IMG/VR virus record: IMGVR_UViG_3300034341_000088
Coordinates: 1 to 39,353 of that record
DNA from: a virus
Taxonomy: Duplodnaviria; Caudoviricetes
Length of the DNA stretch: 39,353 nucleotides
Strand: one strand, 5' to 3'
Positions 35,812 to 39,353 of this stretch are shown here, one piece after another. The position numbers and the translations under genes were made by a program. The first letter of the stretch is position 1; every line of letters begins with the position of its first letter. The notes under the pieces were generated by a model. It was not told the DNA's origin and made no database searches. It saw nothing but the letters and a program-made list of their open reading frames with translations.

Positions 35812-38800
35812 ATGGCACTTCCCGAAGACCAGCAGCCCGTAGAGGACGAAAACGATTTCTTTGATTACGCATCAGATGCTTTAATGGGTATACCCAGAGG
35901 TGTAGAAGGTGCAGTGCAAGGTGCTTACAACTTAGCTGATTACTTAGCTTTTGACTCACTTCCTGATTACGATACTCGTTTCCTTGGTACTTCTAAGACT
36001 TTAGCTGGCGGTCTTGTAGAAGGTGTTACTCAGTTTGCTACAGGTTTTATTCCTGTTTTTGGAGCTGCTGGCAGGGTGGGTGCGTTAGCTAAAGCAGGTA
36101 CTGCTGCTAAAGCTGTCACCGCTGGTGCTATTACCGACTTCACATTTTTTAACGGACAAGAAGCTAGGCTATCTAATCTTATACAGCAATACCCAGCTTT
36201 ACAGAATCCTGTTAATGAGTTCCTCGCACACGATGCAGATGAAGGAGAGATTGAAGGACGTTTAAAGAATGTCTTGGAAGGGTTAGGTATTGAAGCTGTA
36301 GCTGGTGTGTTTATCAGTGGGCTTAAAGGTGTTAAGAAAGTACGAGACATACGAAACAACGGAGGAACTCCAGAAGAAGCAGCAGCAGCTGCGGATGAAG
36401 TCTTTCAAGGTGGTCGAGTGTTTGTTGACGATGAAGCACAGATAGCTGCTAGAAGACAGATGGAAGAAGACGAAGCTGCCTTACTAGAAGGCGGTATAGA
36501 AGTTGGTGATATTCCAGAGGTTGATCTTAGTAAAGTTAACTGGGACGAGGTAGATTTAGAAGATGTAGCGGAAGTTGCTCCTCGGTTATCAAGAGAAGAA
36601 TTAGAAACGCTTGAAGCTGGTGGTAAGTTAATCAGTGAACAAACTACTAGTACTGGTATAGTTAAAACTTACGAATTACCTAGTGGCAGTAAGCGTACTG
36701 TTATGGTTGATGTTAATGACCCAGAACGAGTCATAGCAGCTGATGTTGCATTCGCTCCTAAAATGGCAGCAGATTTAGATGCGACCTACGGAAAAATAAG
36801 TGCAGGTTTAAAGAAAGAATTTTACGATAAGACATTAGTTGAGGAAGTTTCAAATCGTATGCAGACCGGGAAACCGATGACTGCTCGTGAAGCTATTCAA
36901 GACCTATCTGATAGAACAAATGGAAACTTAGGTGAATATAGTCCTGTTGTTAAAAGGTTGTTAGAGTTAGGAAAAGAAACTGGTATAGACGCTAGAATTG
37001 AAGAAAGGTCTTTTGCTAGTAATTTACCTGAAGCAGTTTCAAAAATAAAAGGATCGTTTTACGACGCAGCAGGACGACGTATAGTACTAGATGCACAAGA
37101 TTCCTCAGTAAAAAACAACCCAGTATATAACTTACTACACGAATCGACACACGCTGTAACAGTTGATAACGTAAGTAAGCATTACGATAGAAATGTGTTT
37201 GATGGTATTGAGATAGAGGATGTAGCTGGTAGAGCTGCTTTTGTTGACAACGTATTAAAACAAAAAGACTTACCTAAACCAATCGCAGAAATGTTCCGTA
37301 TGTTTAAGAAAGCGGACGGTATGCGTGATGAGATTGCATCTAAAGGTAAGCTCGTTAACACAAAGGGTGAATCTGATCTATACTGGATTAAGAACCCAAT
37401 GGAGTTTATGTCTATGGCCTTCTCTGACCCACAACTACAAAGAGCATTAAAGGGTATTCAGTATACTCCGAAGATGACTATGTGGGAAAAGGTTGTTAAT
37501 ACAGTTAAAAGTTTCTTTGGTAAAGGAGTAAGCACAGACTTAGCTGATAACATCGTTAGTCGTGTGGGTGAGATAGCACAGATGAAACTGCCAAGTAGAA
37601 AAGGTAAGGGTGTTTCTATGTTGCCTGAAGAAGAAGCTAGGGGTGTACCGAAGTTTGATCCTAAGAAACCTAATGAGTTCCTTGATTCTGTACCTGAGAA
37701 GTTCCGTGGATACGCTGATGAATTACTTAAAGGTGGTACACCTAGGCTTCCACAGTTTGCATTAGAAACAGGCGATGATGTTGTTGTACTCAAAAATTTA
37801 CTGGAAAGTTACTACAAAGAAAACCCTGATAAGATCACAGTACAAGGAGCAGTAACCGAAGTAGGAGAAGAGATTGAAAAGCAATTAATGCTACAACAAG
37901 GTAAGGATACTGCTACTAAGATCGCTGAAGCACGTGTAATACAACAAAGCTTAAGAGACCAAGGAGCGGCTGTTATCAACAACTTAACTGAATCTATAAG
38001 AAAGTACGACGATGCTGACGGGAGTGGTGTAGCAGTAGCTGAGATAAAGAACAACTTTCAACAACTACTTAGTGTAGCTGATGTATATAGGCAATTAGGT
38101 AGGGAAGGTAGTTTACTTTTAGGTGCTAGAAGAGAAAACTACGGAAGTAGTAAGATAGGTCTTAGTGAATCTGATTTTAAAATAGAAGGTATACGTAAAG
38201 AGTTTGCTAACGCTTCTGGTTCCGATCCTAAAAAGATGGTTAATATTATCAAAGAGAACATCGACGAAAACGATCCTGAAGCTACGTTTAATAAACTATT
38301 TAAGGTATCCAAACAAGCACAAGGTAAAAACTTCTTAGATATGCCTACTGAGTATTGGATGAATGCTATACTTAGTGGACCTAAAACCCAAGTAGTCAAT
38401 GCGATGGGTAACAGTCTTACTCAGATATGGTCTTCTATTGAGTCTGTCTTAGGCGGCATAGCAAGCGGTAATATGGATGTTGTACGTGCTGTTATGGCTT
38501 CTTGGTCAGATAAAGAAATGTTTAAGGAGGCTGGTAAATTTGCTAAGAAAGCTTTTAAACAATCCGATAATGTCTTAGACCCAGAAGCTCGTGCATTTAG
38601 TGATCGTCCATCTGTAGCTATAACAGGTAAAAGAGTATCTGAAGCTTTGCCTGGACAAGGATTATCAATCAAGCAAGAACAAGGTTTAGATTGGTTTGCT
38701 AATAATGTTATAAGAATACCAAGTCGTTTGTTGATGACCACTGATGAGTTCTTTAAACAGTTAGCTTATCGTAGAGCGGCTCGATTAAAAGCAGCTATGT

Positions 38801-39353
38801 CTGGTATACAGCAAGGAGTAAATGATCCTAAGAACCTAGCAGAATATATAAATAAAACATTAGACGGTGTTATTACTCAAGGAGGACGCATGGCTTCTAA
38901 GGAAGGACTTGCTAGAGAAGCTAATGAAATAGCAGTTACAAAAGGAATTAAAGATACTACAGAAAAGAATAAATTTATATTGGATTACGTAGAAAAGAAC
39001 TTTGATGAAGATAAGTCTGCACTTATACAATATGCACAAGAAGAAGCTAGGTATCTTACTTTTACAAAAGAATTAGAAGAAGGTATAGGTAAAACAATGC
39101 AGGACTTTACTAACAGGCATCCTGGTTTTCGTTTCATATTACCGTTTGTTAGAACTCCAACCAACATTCTTACCTTTGCTATAGAACGTACTCCACTGAT
39201 GGTTAATCCATTAATGAAGCAAGAGTTTGCTATATTACGAAAAGAGTTTGCTAGTGCCGATCCTATTGTAAAAGCACAAGCTAGGGGTAAAGTAGTAACG
39301 GCTGGTTTAGTTGCTCTTGGATTAGCGGAGGGGGTAAACGACTCTAACGGAGG
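35812..39353 (+). CDS. Large internal virion protein D (T7 gp16-like), about 1508 aa with the 1..1061 part; contains an HExxH motif
   Basis: ATG at 35812 (MALPEDQQ...). Frame checked at several points (LHESTH 37135-37152, junction); it also reads LMTTDEFFK and PFVRTPTN. Absent from the ORF track, presumably because there is no stop inside the window. Confidence 0.85.
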   Translation, partial: MALPEDQQPVEDENDFFDYASDALMGIPRGVEGAVQGAYNLADYLAFDSLPDYDTRFLGTSKTLAGGLVEGVTQFATGFIPVFGAAGRVGALAKAGTAAKAVTAGAITDFTFFNGQEARLSNLIQQYPALQNPVNEFLAHDADEGEIEGRLKNVLEGLGIEAVAGVFISGLKGVKKVRDIRNNGGTPEEAAAAADEVFQGGRVFVDDEAQIAARRQMEEDEAALLEGGIEVGDIPEVDLSKVNWDEVDLEDVAEVAPRLSREELETLEAGGKLISEQTTSTGIVKTYELPSGSKRTVMVDVNDPERVIAADVAFAPKMAADLDATYGKISAGLKKEFYDKTLVEEVSNRMQTGKPMTAREAIQDLSDRTNGNLGEYSPVVKRLLELGKETGIDARIEERSFASNLPEAVSKIKGSFYDAAGRRIVLDAQDSSVKNNPVYNLLHESTHAVTVDNVSKHYDRNVFDGIEIEDVAGRAAFVDNVLKQKDLPKPIAEMFRMFKKADGMRDEIASKGKLVNTKGESDLYWIKNPMEFMSMAFSDPQLQRALKGIQYTPKMTMWEKVVNTVKSFFGKGVSTDLADNIVSRVGEIAQMKLPSRKGKGVSMLPEEEARGVPKFDPKKPNEFLDSVPEKFRGYADELLKGGTPRLPQFALETGDDVVVLKNLLESYYKENPDKITVQGAVTEVGEEIEKQLMLQQGKDTATKIAEARVIQQSLRDQGAAVINNLTESIRKYDDADGSGVAVAEIKNNFQQLLSVADVYRQLGREGSLLLGARRENYGSSKIGLSESDFKIEGIRKEFANASGSDPKKMVNIIKENIDENDPEATFNKLFKVSKQAQGKNFLDMPTEYWMNAILSGPKTQVVNAMGNSLTQIWSSIESVLGGIASGNMDVVRAVMASWSDKEMFKEAGKFAKKAFKQSDNVLDPEARAFSDRPSVAITGKRVSEALPGQGLSIKQEQGLDWFANNVIRIPSRLLMTTDEFFKQLAYRRAARLKAAMSGIQQGVNDPKNLAEYINKTLDGVITQGGRMASKEGLAREANEIAVTKGIKDTTEKNKFILDYVEKNFDEDKSALIQYAQEEARYLTFTKELEEGIGKTMQDFTNRHPGFRFILPFVRTPTNILTFAIERTPLMVNPLMKQEFAILRKEFASADPIVKAQARGKVVTAGLVALGLAEGVNDSNG

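Noticed and set aside
755-39167. All minus-strand ORFs in the track
   Set aside because: Almost all lie antisense to well-supported + strand genes and show no recognisable motifs; T7-like genomes are co-oriented.

Overview
The window looks like one complete, circularly permuted genome (~39.28 kb) of a T7-like podovirus (Autographiviridae-like), probably lytic and aquatic. Bases 1-76 repeat 39278-39353 with 3 mismatches, and the contig is cut inside the gp16-like internal virion gene (35812..39353 continuing into 1..1061). All credible genes are on the + strand. Early genes and a single-subunit RNA polymerase occupy ~10.5-15.5 kb. Replication genes (SSB, endonuclease I, primase-helicase, PolA, exonuclease) occupy 15.5-21.5 kb. 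The morphogenesis block (portal, scaffold, capsid, tail tubes A/B, internal proteins, tail fibre) follows, then terS/terL. The natural genome ends probably lie in the mostly non-coding 9.37-10.47 kb. Two features stand out. (1) A complete sigma54-type promoter architecture (tandem TGTG-N9-CACA sites 32 bp apart, a consensus IHF site, a -24/-12 element) precedes the first early gene, and no phage-encoded activator is visible. (2) Two paralogous cassettes of tiny beta-prism-like proteins, LamG-like domains and a conserved partner protein share terminal motifs, suggesting a modular, separately encoded fibre/adhesin system. I recognised no endolysin, integrase, tRNA or CRISPR. Family assignments come from motif recognition and synteny only; no searches were run.
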